The position numbers and the translations under genes are program-made. A stretch of DNA of 63,005 nt, the filler included, from Rhabdomonas costata (taxonomy: Eukaryota): the NCBI GenBank assembly GCA_019059605.1. It is 30 parts of 30 records of this genome, joined end to end, with 100 filler letters (N's around TTAATTAATTAA, not from the genome) between each part and the next. Parts side by side here need not be neighbours in the genome. Positions count along the whole stretch, not along the records: positions 12,631 to 14,635 come from JAHMHO010006515.1; positions 14,736 to 16,739 come from JAHMHO010006516.1; positions 16,840 to 18,843 come from JAHMHO010006517.1; positions 18,944 to 20,948 come from JAHMHO010006518.1; positions 21,049 to 23,052 come from JAHMHO010006519.1; positions 23,153 to 25,156 come from JAHMHO010006520.1; positions 25,257 to 27,260 come from JAHMHO010006521.1; 23 more parts are not named here. One strand, written 5' to 3'. Position 1 is the stretch's first letter. Each line of letters starts with the position of its first letter. A model generated the notes under the pieces. It saw only the letters and a list, made by a program, of their open reading frames with translations, was not told the origin of the DNA and made no database searches. Shown here in pieces: positions 13,345-25,969 of this stretch.

Positions 13345-13772
13345 CGTGCGCACATCGGCGTAGTAACTGCGGTAGGGCATAGGCTGACACGAGGCTGGCT
13401 GCCCGGTGTACTGCATGACGCCGTCCACCATCTGAAACTCCACCACTGAGACACCGGACGGTGGCGGAGGTGGAAGTTCCTGCAGGGAATGCATGCAACG
13501 GCTGCTGCACAATGCACAAGGGCACATCACCCTCATATTCAGCTGCCAGCGCAACCATGATCATGTGCCCGGCAGAGGCAACGTCAATGTGGACAAAGAA
13601 GTTTCAACAGCTCCCTGAGCACTGAATAATCGCATAAGCTCTCATCCACAACCAGCTGAAAGAAAGACATCGGCATACTTTGGACACCCGAGGAGACATA
13701 GACCGCCCAATCATATTGAGCACATCCTTGGTGGAGTCCTGCACCAGCGGTCCCGCACCGGCATGTCCCGGA
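13345..13772 (-). CDS. Possible AMP deaminase N-terminal region, two exons
   Basis: Exon 13479-13345 (cag|...|gtgagt, 45 codons) encodes VEFQMVDGVMQY...PMPYRSYYADVR, similar to the 'm.dGV...p....yy.D' segment of AMP deaminases. An upstream exon at about 13772-13679 encodes DSTKDVLNMIGRSMSPR. No catalytic motif is visible. Confidence 0.4.
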
Positions 13773-15350
13773 ACTGCAAGCAAGCCACAGAACAATCATT
13801 CCTTGATGACTTGTGTGCCCCTTGCGTGCAGGTTTGTGTGCGATCACAATGAAGGCAACCGAAACGAACAAGACTTGGGGAAATAAGAAAGCAAGGAAGC
13901 AAAAAAAAAAGGCACTCAGAGACTGAGAAGCCCAATTGGATGCCTGCTTTGGCCTGGTTTCGTTTTCAACGGCTAATATCTAAATTACAATCACAACTTG
14001 CGCGCCACAAAAAAAAGTCTCAAATATTCCCGCCATTTTGGAACCCTCAGTGAACTAGCGCCGGTTCGTCAAACCCGTCAAACCATGTGGACCACCGTTC
14101 ACCCGACCTGAAGGTTATTTCGAGAAAAACCAAATAAACGAGCTTCCGACTTCCGAGGCTGTACGACGGCAACTATAGTAACTGGAGTTCGAAAATAGGG
14201 GAGACTTCAGTTGAGATTTTTTTATTGCGCTGTCGCAGTAACCACCAAGGCTACCACTGAAAACGGGTTTGTCCAACTCCGAACAGGAAGGCGCCATTGT
14301 GCCCTGAAGGGCTTTTGAGATGGGGCACCAGAAACCAGAGAACGGAAACTGATCGAAGCGCTATCGTATTTTTTCAAAAGAACGGCAGCGAACGCTGTTC
14401 ATTTTTGCGTGGCAGTCTCGTTTATTTTTTGTGACCACTGTCTCACTGTCATCGAACAGCGAAGGGCGAAGGAGTCAAGGGGGGCTTTGAAACTTCACTG
14501 CACTTCACTTCGGCGGGAACCCTTTGGGTAAAAAAAAAGCTAAAGTTGAGCAACCTGAAAGCCCAACTGAGTTTGAATAGGCACTAGTATCCACATGGCC
14601 CCCCCTCAGGAGTTTCCACATGGCCCCAACACCCCNNNNNNNNNNNNNNNNNNNNNNNNNNNNNNNNNNNNNNNNNNNNTTAATTAATTAANNNNNNNNN
14701 NNNNNNNNNNNNNNNNNNNNNNNNNNNNNNNNNNNGGTGGTGTGTCATGTCTGTGTGTGTGTGCATTGTTTGAGTGAGCCTGTGTATTGAATGCTTGGTC
14801 TTTTTTGCTGTTCCTGTAGGCAGGTCTCCCATTCAGCCACACGACGAACCAACCCACCAAAAAGCCGATAGACAGCACGCAGACGCAGACGGGTTTTGGT
14901 AAATATCGTCGCAATGGCATCTGGGCGGAAGTGATGTTCTCAGGACAACGGGAAGCTAAGCCGCAAGAATAACATCGTGTTCGAAGCTTGCGCTGTTTTG
15001 ATGAGTGAGCAGCATGTGTCCGCCTTCTTTTCGGTTGAAGTTGTTTTGAATACGGGGCAGAGTGGGGGAAAAAAAGAGAAAATCGAAATGTTGTTGATAC
15101 TCCTACGAGTGCTTCATTGTGGACTGACTGAGGGCAATGGTTTTTCGTGGTTTGGTTAGTCTGCCTGGTGAAGTCTCGGTGTGAAAGACGTCAGTTAGTC
15201 CTGCGGCTCAGGTATCTCACCCAAATCAAAAGTGCATATGCAGCCCCAGCTGCAGCCGCAGAATCGCTCAGACACATTTGCATGCTAGTTACCTCGTAAC
15301 TGTTAAAAATTTTTCTTCTTCTTCTCCGACGGCTAATCCCAAAACAACAG

Positions 15351-16739
15351 TGCCGTCGCTGATGGTCGCAACGGATCAGGGGCGCCTTCCAGGAAGCTGA
15401 GTGCCTCGAACCAGTCCCTTCCTTTCCCTGAGCTGCCTGTAGGATGGAGGTCTTTTTTTCCCGTGCATTGAGATTGGGGCGGAGAGATTTTTCTGGTTAT
15501 TGGAATTTTATTGCCATTTTTATGACTTCATTATTTGGTAGTATTACTTTTTCTTTCGGAGACTGCAAGTTGTGGCGAAGGCATTGAGGTCCAAGAATAC
15601 CCCCAACAACGGGGGTTTCCGAAGAATTTCTCGGTCACATTCGGTGCTGCATTTTCAAAAATTATTTGTTCCGTTCACGGGTGGATCACAGCACAGTTTG
15701 GGGGAATTTTTGTGTTGGTCGTTTAAGAGGCGCTGTTACTCCAACTAACAAACACGACGCGCTGGTCCCGTTGATACGTTATGAGATCTCCGGCGCAGGC
15801 TTTCCTCTAATTGGTCGGTACAAGGGTGAACATGCCTGAAGTCCGGCAGGGTTTGTGCTGCTGTTTCATCCAGGTTTAACGTGAGCAAGTCGAACAAGTA
15901 CTTCTTCTGGAAGAAGGGCCAGAAGGTAATGGTTTCATTTCCTTTTCGTGCAACTCAAGCTTTCGGTTTCTTTATGATTGTGTACACCTGACGACTACCA
16001 CTTTTTTGTTTCCGATCCGGTCCGGTACTGCCGCCCTCTTCGTTGCTGCGTTTGTGTGCAACAAATGTGTACAACTTCCGGAATTCCACATGTTTGAAGG
16101 GAACCATTCCTTCGCAACGTGTTTTGTGTTCGCTTCGCATTTTTGCGATTTGCGATTTGCGATTCATCGGATTGGGCTCTAAGGTTACGCATTGTGGTTT
16201 GAGATGTCATCTCTTCCTCCCCGTTTATCATCCCTTCGGTCGGTGCTCGTAGGTGTCGACGTACCAGCACCCTGTCACGGGGAAGTCCTACCGGGTCCCC
16301 CCGGGCGCGGAGGGCCTCACCTCTGGATCCGTCTCCACCAGAGACTCCACCCGCAACACCTCCGTAGGCTCGGGGTCCGTGATCAGCCTCCCCACCAAAA
16401 CCCGCCCCGAGCTGCTGGACGTCAGCCCGCTGAACTCGCACCTCACCGTGCGCTCCGCGGGATTCGGCTCCGACTTCCCGCAGTACCACAGCTCTCCCCG
16501 AGCAGCCCACCATACCAACGCCAAGGCTGCGGGCTCCAGCCCGGCCTGGGTGGAGACCCCCCCGGAGAGACCCCGACTTGTGCTCCACCCCTCGACCAAC
16601 ACCACGTCCTTCAGTCCAGGGGCTACCGGGACGGCGCTCAGGAGTGAGCAGAGCAATGGCGTCAGCGGAAAGCGCTCGCCTCCGCCCTTGACATCGCCAC
16701 CAGTGACGGATGCCCAGGCGGCCGCACGCCACCCACCCC
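15351..16739 (+). CDS. WW-domain protein with a Ser/Pro/Thr-rich low-complexity region, partial
   Basis: Exons 15351-15449, 15874-15925 and 16253-16739 splice in phase to LPVGWR|FNVSKSNKYFFWKKGQK|VSTYQHP, which has WW-domain spacing (LPxGW-x10-aromatic triplet-x8-aromatic-xx-P). Confidence 0.7.
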
Positions 16740-16947
16740 NNNNNNNNNNNNNNNNNNNNNNNNNNNNNNNNNNNNNNNNNNNNTTAATTAATTAANNNNN
16801 NNNNNNNNNNNNNNNNNNNNNNNNNNNNNNNNNNNNNNNTTTGTTGGGTCAGAGATCGAAGCAGGGAGAGAACGGGGAAAGGAAGGGAGCGAGGGAGGGA
16901 CTGAAAGGAGTGGAGAGGTCAGCTTCATTGATGCCCCCAGGTAACAC

Positions 16948-17079
16948 TCAAGGCTTTTGGGGACTTTGACCGGCACATCGTGGGCCAGACTCCGGGGGAG
17001 GGCGGGCCTTCGCGTACTCCACCTCCAGGGGCGTCGTCTCGGGCGTTGTCGAGCGCAGTGCTTTCAAGTCCCTGAACAG
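16948..17079 (-). CDS. Probable terminal exon of an unknown protein (LFRDLKALRSTTPETTPLEVEYAKARPPPE...)
   Basis: It follows a pyrimidine-rich acceptor (cttcctcacag) and has GC3-rich codons. PLEVEYAK resembles the last strand of an RRM, but only weakly. Confidence 0.3.
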   Translation of the reverse strand: MFRDLKALRSTTPETTPLEVEYAKARPPPESGPRCAGQSPQKP

Positions 17080-19677
17080 CTGTGAGGAAGCAAGAAAAGC
17101 GGACAGTGAATTGAAAGCGAGCAGGTGAGTGGCATCGCCCCCAATAAAGCAGATTGAGAGGGGCCTTCGTCTCACACCAAAAAAATATCGGACTGACCGC
17201 TGCGTGCAGGCTGCTGGCCCCTCCCCTACAACCCCTCCTCCCTTCACTCAGTGTATCGTCCTAACACTAAATAGGTGTAGCCACGGCATGGTAGTAGACT
17301 AGGATGACCTCACACAAAATTGAGGGGACAGAAGGCCTGCCTACCAGTTGCATAACCCCTAACAAACCTCAGAGGGACTGAGCACAGCGACAGGGGCTAC
17401 ACTCCAAAACCCATTCTTTCAAAATTTCGGTCGGGCCGCTGCGAGCACACTATGTATGCAGCGGCACGGGGGGTTGTATACGTATCATGCTAAAACCCGT
17501 AAACTTAAAACACATGCTTTTATGCCTCAGCACATGAGAATGCAACATGTCATACGCACTTATGCCAGCTTTTTAGCGTTCCATACTAAATTCTGAGTTT
17601 CAGGATGCAGAACACCTCAAATCGTTACAGCCACCGCGGGGAAGTGGGAAAAAAAACGCACAAAAAGTCCGGACTCTCATGGGGGGAGGGGGTTAAGGAT
17701 CGCCAATCCGGACCACAAGAACGAACCCGCGTATGGGGACCAGCTACTGAGTGGGAGCGTGCATGCACCGCAACCCGCACACGGACGCGACGCGCACGCG
17801 CACAGGGAGACCTGATATAAGTCACCGCGCTAGGGAGGTCCGGCGCTACAAAACCACAGCTACAGTTCAGAACCGTTCAACACACTGAGACTGCATCCAA
17901 ATTGTCCCCAGAGTTCTAAGTTGCGAGCGGACCGGTCGGCTAACAACGCTAGTCCTCTCTTCGAAGGCAGCATGAGGTGCCGGAGAGCAGCGCACCTGAG
18001 TGGGTTGCAGCTGCTGCGCTGGAGGTCCAGGGAGAAAAAGGCTGAGGGAGGACGCCCCAAGCTGCAGGAGCTTTCTCTGCAGCTCAGCCTCAAGGCTGAA
18101 AGCGAGTGGCCGTGCGGAACCATGGCCAAAAGTTTGGCGTTGCCATAAAATGATCTTTGTCGTTCTGAGGGTCTCCTGTCCTAACCCTTCTATCTCTCCT
18201 TATGGCAAAAAGACTTCAGATCGGAATGTCACATACTAATCTCTCAGTTACCCGGTGGAAATAACCTTATCTTCCTTTGATGGCTTCCGGACCTGCACCA
18301 ATTGTCGGAAATGAGGAATAGGACCACTTACTTCAACTTCCCTTCACCGTCTTCGCCTGATGAACTCTCACCACGGCCCCTGGGGCAGGAAGAACCGCGC
18401 GCCCAACTTCACCCTTTTGCCAAGTCCAGCTTTGGGATTTGGGGGCCTTTTACGTGCCTTTCTACGATTCCAAGGGCCTTTGCTTGGGCACCTTGGGAAC
18501 ATTTTGAACCGTGGCATGTCAACACACTCGGCATTAGCATTCGGCCGGGGCTTCTTAGCATGTCTAAGGAAAAGCCAACGGTACTTCATGCTGGCACACA
18601 GAGCATGATTCGGTTTAAAGATGCCCAGGAGGTCATTTAAGCGCCATTTTGGACCTTCGGCTGACAGCTGATTTTATCGCTCATTGAGTTTGCGTGTGTG
18701 GAGAGTCGCGCGGTGCGGGCAATGGATGGGCTACGCCTGAACCGTCGCATAAACTGATTAGGGGGTGCTTGAGCACGATGTTTGCCATCAATCAGATCGC
18801 AGATCGGCTAAGTCCTCTGCAACACTTCCCCCCACCACCACCCNNNNNNNNNNNNNNNNNNNNNNNNNNNNNNNNNNNNNNNNNNNNTTAATTAATTAAN
18901 NNNNNNNNNNNNNNNNNNNNNNNNNNNNNNNNNNNNNNNNNNNGGCGAATTTCTGAATTCGGTTCCTCTCTAACCTGAACTGGGATCTCGGCCGGGAGAG
19001 GAAGCGGGACGGGGCAAGCCCAGGCGTTGGCTGGCTGCCGTTCTGGTCGCCTATCGCCTGCTGGGCCAACAGTACACATCGGGGCGAGACAATCGAGGAT
19101 CTCTTGAGTCCGGGTGGCGTCACAAGCTCCCATTGCTGCGTCTCTGGTATCTGGGTCCATTTATGGGAAAGGGAGGGACGTCTCACTGTTGCAAGGGAAA
19201 CCAGGGTTCCAGCTTTGGGCGGCCGGGTGAGTGGGGATTGACTGTAGCGCACAAACGGCACGAAACAGATAAAAAGGGAAATGACGAGAAAGAAGAACAA
19301 TCTGCGCGGTGGCCCTTCCCTTCCCGCAAAAGCGGGGAAGGGAGGGTTCACCGAAAAAATGATTACACTCAGTAATGCTGCACATCAGAGCACGCTCCTG
19401 TGCTTCCACACCCCCGCTCCCCTTAACGGTTAGTGTCTGGATCTAGGAGCAAGCTCGGTTACCAGGTTACTGGCTCGTAGCTTTGTTCTTCTTTTTCGAC
19501 TTCCCTTTGAATCATTTGCTATGACGAGATTTGACCGAATGACAAATAAGGCAGATAAATATCAAAGCGCTATCGTCTTGTCCATCCATTGAGCATTTAA
19601 CTGCAGCAGGCTGTATTCAAATCCTCCGCAACCGCAACCATCCGGCACTCGAATCTCGTCAGAAAGTTCTTCGATAC

Positions 19678-20567
19678 CTGAGCACGACATAGTCCCCTCC
19701 GATGACGTTGTAGATGGTTTTTTGGGTTGGAGCAAAGGCGCTGGAACCCTGCAGGGCATTGTTCAGGATGCCCCCAAGGGCTGCTGGAGTGGCTGCCCTC
19801 TCTGCGAAGACCGGGATCCCAGGCGGGGTAATCCGCGGGAGGTACGCGAAGTGCGCCGTCTCCGCGTTGGCCGGGGTGTGGCTGGGAAACACCAGCGCAA
19901 GCCGCTCCACGCTGGGCAGGGTGGCTACCTTGTACGCCGGGGGAATGGAGTCCCCGCGGTGGTGATCCGTAAACTCTCCATCTGTGGCGATGACCACGTG
20001 TGAGGGGCCGAAGCGGGTCAGTTCAGTGCGGAGCTTCTGCAGCGCGGGTACCGCCAGGGTGACCCCATAGCCATGAACGCGGGTCAGGCAGGCTGTGTCG
20101 TGGAAAGGCCCGTACACCTGGTGATCAAAGAACAGCACAGAGACGCCGGTGTAGCGCCGTGCAGCAAGCTGGGCATCGACCCACTCCCTGAGAGCATCCT
20201 GGAAGGAGCGAATGGCGGAGACCATGGAGCCTGAGGTGTCGACCACAACGGCAAGGTGCACACTGGGCAGGGTGGCCTCCTCGCTGACGTCCCTCAGCGG
20301 CCGGATGCAGAGGTGAGGCGCGGTGTGCATCAGGCGGTCTACCAACTTGAACCTCAGCGGGTCGGGAAGGGAGACAAGCTCTTTGCACAGCCGGCGCGTG
20401 GTGACCTCCAGAGTGGCGAAGACCTCGGCTCGGGGGGCGGAGGCCAGGGCTGGAGAGACTGCCTTCATCACAAGCGCCAGCAAGGCCATGACTTCATGGT
20501 CGGCAGAAGAGAAGGGAACTTCAGAAGAGGCCATCGAAGATGACAACTCTTCGGAGGGGAAAGCAGA
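19678..20567 (-). CDS. von Willebrand factor A (vWA) domain protein, one long exon
   Basis: MIDAS motif VVVDTSGSM, then VLFFDH, YGVT..VPAL and VVIATDGEF. The exon is bounded by an acceptor at 20570-20568 and a donor ag|gtatc after 19678. The first ATG is at 20534. Confidence 0.85.
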
Positions 20568-22439
20568 CTGGAGTTAAGGCGGAGAAACATCCGGCAAATA
20601 TGCACACCAATGTCACACGCGTCAAACGTAACACATAAGCATAGGGAACCATTTCAAAAAAAACATCGGCACTTCTCGTGGAACACTGATTCGTTGCACG
20701 GCATATGAAAGCGCCTTCGTAGACGCTCACATTTAACTTGAATGTTTCTTTTTTTTTCCATAATTCGAAGGAATGCCGCTCCCTCGGACCGCTCGTCTGG
20801 CTCAAGTGCAAATGTCTGACCGATTATCTGACGGAACTCTCCCCCTTTCTCTTCACTTATACACGCGGCGACCATTTCACACCAGACACTACTCGAATCT
20901 TCAGCGTGTCAATGCGAGGAGAGCAATGATCTGTGCTATAACCAAAAANNNNNNNNNNNNNNNNNNNNNNNNNNNNNNNNNNNNNNNNNNNNTTAATTAA
21001 TTAANNNNNNNNNNNNNNNNNNNNNNNNNNNNNNNNNNNNNNNNNNNNGTGGTGTGGTGAACGGGACGAGGGGAAAAACGCGGCACCAGCGAAAAGTAGA
21101 GAAGCACACAAGGTGGGCCAACCCTATTTGAAGCCATCACAGCACAGGCAAAAAGCATGGGTCTACTCTATCTGCACCAAACGCCAACTGACAGCACCAG
21201 TTGTGCCAGTTATACAATTATCTCTAAAATTTCCATGTTACGCCTCTTCTAGATTTCTCGGTGTGCTGCCTTCTTCATGTCTGCAAGCAGGCCACCCCCA
21301 ATATCGAAAGACCTCGACCTAGGCTTGCCCTCAGTTTTACTGACACGGACAAAAACCAAAGATGGCGGGAAAATTTCGGCTGTTTAATGCTCCCCAAGCA
21401 GAAAAACTACCCGTGTGAGTACCACACTCCACACAACCTGCATGCATGATGTGGAGCATACCCGCTGGGTGCAAAAATCGAAATTTCTTCTCGCGCCTGC
21501 AGAACGTAGCAACACAAATCAAGACCTTTCTTTGATATGGCTGCGAGCCAAATGGCTCCTCCGTAACTGACGAATATGCGTCAGCTTCTCTTTATGATCA
21601 TCTTGACCAATCTCTTGGAAGAGTAATCGACTCTTTAAGGCTTCTTCAAGAGGTTCACCATCTTACCAGCTGCTGGCTATGCACAGCCTTTCTCCGAAAA
21701 TCGCTCTTGCAATGACTGAGGTAATGTGACTTCTCTAAACCTCAGACAAAGAACCAAAAGCACAAATACCCAAGAAGAACTCTGTTGGGGCCAGCCATTG
21801 TGACGAACGTGTGGTGAAAACCAGGCCATGCAGCAAAGAAAAATAAACGCGACATGAATGCACTCGCCTACACACTAACTCAGTGACTCAGTAACTCAGT
21901 TCAGTGACCCTCATGAAGAAGGTCACCCCGAGAACGCTCTGATGCTTTAAAAAAGACAAGGGGAGGGAACAAGGGACGAAAGGGCACAAGTACTGAAAGG
22001 ATCGTATTCTGGGAGTTGGGGACAAAATGTGTCCTCACCCGGTCCTCCAAAGTCCTTCCCCCATTCACACCCTCCACAAAAACCTCAAAAGCATCCCGCA
22101 CGAAAACGCACACACGAGGTATGTACAACTTTACAAAGGGAGAAGAGCAAAGGAAAGGAAGAGAGAGTGAGACAGTGGGAAAGATGGGGATGGGGTCAAG
22201 GCAACTTGGCAATGATGTCAAGCCGCAGCCTTCTGCTCGCCTTCCGGAGGGCACAAGCACCACAAAACGATGCAAGGCACTTCGGCATAGGCCACAGACA
22301 CGGAGAGAAACTTACAAGCGAGCACACGCAGGAAGAAGAAAAAGGAAACACAGACATACAAATCCTCTGCAATGGGGAAAGCTGGGTGCCTACTATCACA
22401 TCTCTACGCCGGTTCCACTCTTCGCACCTGCAGCTTACA

Positions 22440-22592
22440 CCTTCAGTGGCTCGCGATCGGCGCGAAACTTGAAGAATGTATGGCGCTCGGCGGCGGGGAA
22501 CGCACTGCGGCGGTATTTTGAGATCTCGCGGAGGTACTTCAGATCCGCTGAGAGGTGCTTGTGGTAGTCAGGATTCTCGCTCCCACTGTCGA
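22440..22592 (-). CDS. Internal exon of an unknown protein (IDSGSENPDYHKHLSADLKYLREISKYRRSAFPAAERHTFFKFRADREPLK)
   Basis: ttttag acceptor, stop-free GC3-rich frame and a GT donor. Confidence 0.55.
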
Positions 22593-22997
22593 TCTAAAAA
22601 CCACAGATGAGATAACACTCCTCGAAAAATGCATTCCAACCAAAGCGCAGCCAACAGACTATGACCAGAAAAAGGAGGCAACGCAAGGTCATGCTTAGTT
22701 TCTAACAGAAACCACACTTGGTACGTGTCCAGTGACCAAAGTCACCAAAGCACAGCGAGAACACAAGGAAGTGTGCGGAAAACTAGAAGGTGGGAGAACA
22801 GAATAATGGGAAACAAAGAGAGAAGAGCACGAGGGAGCGGTGGCTGTGGCGAAGCAACAGAAAGATATGGAAGGCTATACTCAGTCACTTCAGTTTTTGC
22901 ATTGAAGGGTACACAGCATAGCTTGCACCTAAGCTTTTGTTAACCTCACCCTCACCATATCACCATATCTAGAAATGCGTTCAAAACGAAGTGGGTT

Positions 22998-23052
22998 CCT
23001 TCCCCCATTCACACCCTCCACAAAAACCTCAAAAGCATCCCGCACAAAAACA
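22998..23052. repeat. Direct copy (about 55 nt) of 22054-22107 at the contig end
   Basis: ccttcccccattcacaccctccacaaaaacctcaaaagcatcccgcac occurs twice in the contig. The terminal position suggests a chimera. Confidence 0.8.
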
Positions 23053-23157
23053 NNNNNNNNNNNNNNNNNNNNNNNNNNNNNNNNNNNNNNNNNNNNTTAA
23101 TTAATTAANNNNNNNNNNNNNNNNNNNNNNNNNNNNNNNNNNNNNNNNNNNNGGTTG

Positions 23158-23306
23158 GTCAAGTTGTGAAGTCCGCGGAAATTGTGTCCCTTGGCTGAGC
23201 ATTCGAACATCATCTATACCTTCGATCTACATATGAGCTCAAAGGTATAGATGATGTTCGAATGCTCAGCCAAGGGACACAATTTCCGCGGACTTCACAA
23301 CTTGAC
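23158..23306. repeat. Contig-terminal fold-back inverted repeat (arms about 65 nt), probable amplification chimera
   Basis: 23158-23222 is the reverse complement of 23242-23306. Confidence 0.9.
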
Positions 23307-23377
23307 TATCACCAGCAAACAAAAAACCCGACGGGCTCTCACGGGATGATTGAAGCAGTGAATCAGTAAGTACGCAC

Positions 23378-24795
23378 CTTTTCTGCCGTCTTGTGGAGCT
23401 TCGAGGGCAACTCGTGGGCGACTCGGTGCAGGATTCGGTGAAGCTGCTCCTCCGTAATGTCAGCGTCCGGGAAATGTCCTTGCGTGGCATCTTCCATGTA
23501 CACCCACCGCTTCTGTCGACAAACAATGAGGGAGGCATGATCATGTGCAGCACACTATCGATGTAATCTTCTCTCGGGACTGAAGATTATATATACGTGT
23601 GGCCTTGAACAAAAATTTTCTCCTTATGCTCATTCTGTCACAAATTGACAGGGGGTGGGGGATTGTCTGCACTCACCCACACGAGATGCAGCAAAGTCGA
23701 CTGATCAGCACAGCGATGGGGCAGAACGATCACAAATTGCGCAACAGCATACCAGCTCAGCCTCCATGGCGTCCCTCAGGTGCGAGGCGCGCTCCACGCG
23801 CTGCTCAAAGTGCTCGTGGTCCTCCTCGTCAAACCGCAGGTTCAGCCTGCACACAGCACCACACTAACTCTCTCAGATTGCAGTTATCATATAAATCACA
23901 AGCCAAGGGAAACCACCCTGGACCCACACGTAACCGCAGCATCGGAAACAACTCACCTGCAAAAGTTTAAAAACCCTTTTCTCCGGACTCACACATACCA
24001 ATGATAAGCCCGGTATAGCTGGTAGATAGCAGGCCGGTATGCGCACACGAGGAATTGGTGTTGTGGAAGTATTGTCTGCCTCCAGAGGGACAGGAAAATT
24101 TCCCATTCCCGGCCGCTGCTCTGAGATGATGTTCACCACTCTCCAGCTGTGAGAAACTTCCATGGCTCTATGACCACGGGCACAAACATGCACACACCGC
24201 TTTACCCACTTCGTCATCCCGGAGGTCGCCCACTTGATGAGAAACAGTCGCTCCTCGGGGTTGTAGCCCTGAAACAGGTGCCCAAGTGCCCCCCTCTTGC
24301 CGCATATAAACGTTTGGGAAACTTGGGGGTGATGGTCAAAGACCCAGCCAAGAGTACCGTGAGTTCAGCCAAAAAAATCATGGGATAGATCCTGATATGA
24401 CGGAGAGTGGATGTCAATCAAAGCTCTAGAGGGCTCCTCTCCGCCTACGATGAAGCAACGCTCTTTACGCATTTGCCTTTGCAAATTGATTGTGGTCGGG
24501 GGGACGTCTCATATCTGCGTCAGATCGGCAGCCGCCATCACTCTGAATTGCTGGCCAGTTCTCTCAGTTAAATTATGAATTGCATTGACAAGTGCAAGGG
24601 AGTGGCACTTCGTCCTGTGGTGCACAAGAGGTATCCATTCTCAGAGGCTGCGTAGTATGGAGCATCATACACTGGTCCTTCAAGTGGGAACAAGCAGGGA
24701 GTGGGAGTGAGGTTTACCTGAACATAGCACGGGACCCATGCAAAGCCCTCGGAGCCCGCGTAGAACCTCGACTTCGCGGTAGGCTCCGCACTTGC
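23378..24795 (-). CDS. Axonemal dynein heavy chain, DNAH1-like N-terminal region, four exons
   Basis: Exons 24795-24718, 24268-24198, 23846-23753 and 23512-23378 splice in phase to AKSRFYAGSEGFAWVPCYVQ|GYNPEERLFLIKWATSGMTKWVKR|LNLRFDEEDHEHFEQRVERASHLRDAMEAEL|KRWVYMEDA. This matches the W.pC.V..Y...W....K.V.RLNL.F..Ed...F..R...A...R...E motif of inner-arm dyneins. Confidence 0.7.
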
Positions 24796-25274
24796 CTGAT
24801 GCACGGAGAAATTGTTGTTGGAATTATTTTCCATGGATGCATTCACCATGCTGGATAGTTACTACTACAAAACAAGGTAGAGAGCATGAAGAGGGCTGGG
24901 CCGAAGCAGGCCTGGGGTCTTTTGTATATACCACAGGCCTCCCGAAACGCTGCGTGCCAGTCCTTGGGGTCTGAAACCCGCTCAAATCCGTACAGTAGGC
25001 TAGTAGGCTGGAAAGCAAACGATTCAGGTAGCTACTGGCTGGTTTACTCAAACCTACCGCTTCTCAAATGGATAATTCAGAGATAAATATCTCTCAAACC
25101 ATCCCCAGCTCTTCCAATCCAACAGATCCACCCAGCACTCAGTCACCACAAAACCCNNNNNNNNNNNNNNNNNNNNNNNNNNNNNNNNNNNNNNNNNNNN
25201 TTAATTAATTAANNNNNNNNNNNNNNNNNNNNNNNNNNNNNNNNNNNNNNNNNNNNGTGGTGGTTGGGTGGGCA

Positions 25275-25969
25275 GGAAGCTCGGGTTTGCTGAGGACTGG
25301 ATCCCCAGCGTGCGGCCATCCTCCGCCTTTCCTTTCCTGGAGCAGTCCCACCAGCGGGCGTTTGATCTGGTCTGCCTGCTTGTTTGCGCGTTAGTCTGGG
25401 TGTGTACGTCTCGTCGTTTGGTGCCGGTCTTTCAGAATATCGAAGGTGGTGCACAATCTGCTGGATATGCGGGATATTTTGTGTACTTTTCCTGAAAGAC
25501 TGCAATTGCAACCTTTTTTCGAGAATGCGAGCGGGACCTCGCGGGAGACACGTTCTGGTCCCTGCATAGTAGTCGATCATGTCCCATTCCTGATTCGACA
25601 CGTGCTATGGAACACGCTGAAATCTCCCAGGTTGGAGCAACGAAAGGAAATTGCGTTGCGTGAAGCTGCAAAAGGGTGAAGTGTTCAGGGCATAGCGAGC
25701 CCCTTGGCTTCTCGAGAGAAGTGCGCGAACGTTCGCCCCGCTTCGGCGCAAACCTTTTGTAAAGGCGCTTCTCCTTCTTTTGTCATCCGTCGGGTTCAGC
25801 TACTTGGGATGTGTTTTTTTTGCGCAAGCTCTCTGCGGTGAGCTTGCCGGAGCTGCGCCAGATGCAGGCCCAGTACGAGCGGGACTCTGCCGTGCTTTTC
25901 CACGCTCTGTCCACGAGGCGGCAGAACAGCCTTATCTCAGGGCTCCTGCTGCGGCTGGACTACAACGGG
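25275..25969 (+). CDS. Gamma-tubulin complex component (Spc97/Spc98 family, GCP4-like) C-terminal region
   Basis: Exon about 25829-25969 ends ISGLLLRLDYNG, the conserved GCP C-terminal LLLRLD(Y/F)N motif. A probable upstream exon lies at about 25275-25369. Confidence 0.65.

Noticed and set aside
15443..15449. A 7-nt micro-exon (GATGGAG) in the WW gene
   Set aside because: The upstream sequence is in frame and encodes PELPV of the LPxGW motif, so a normal exon from 15351 is more likely.
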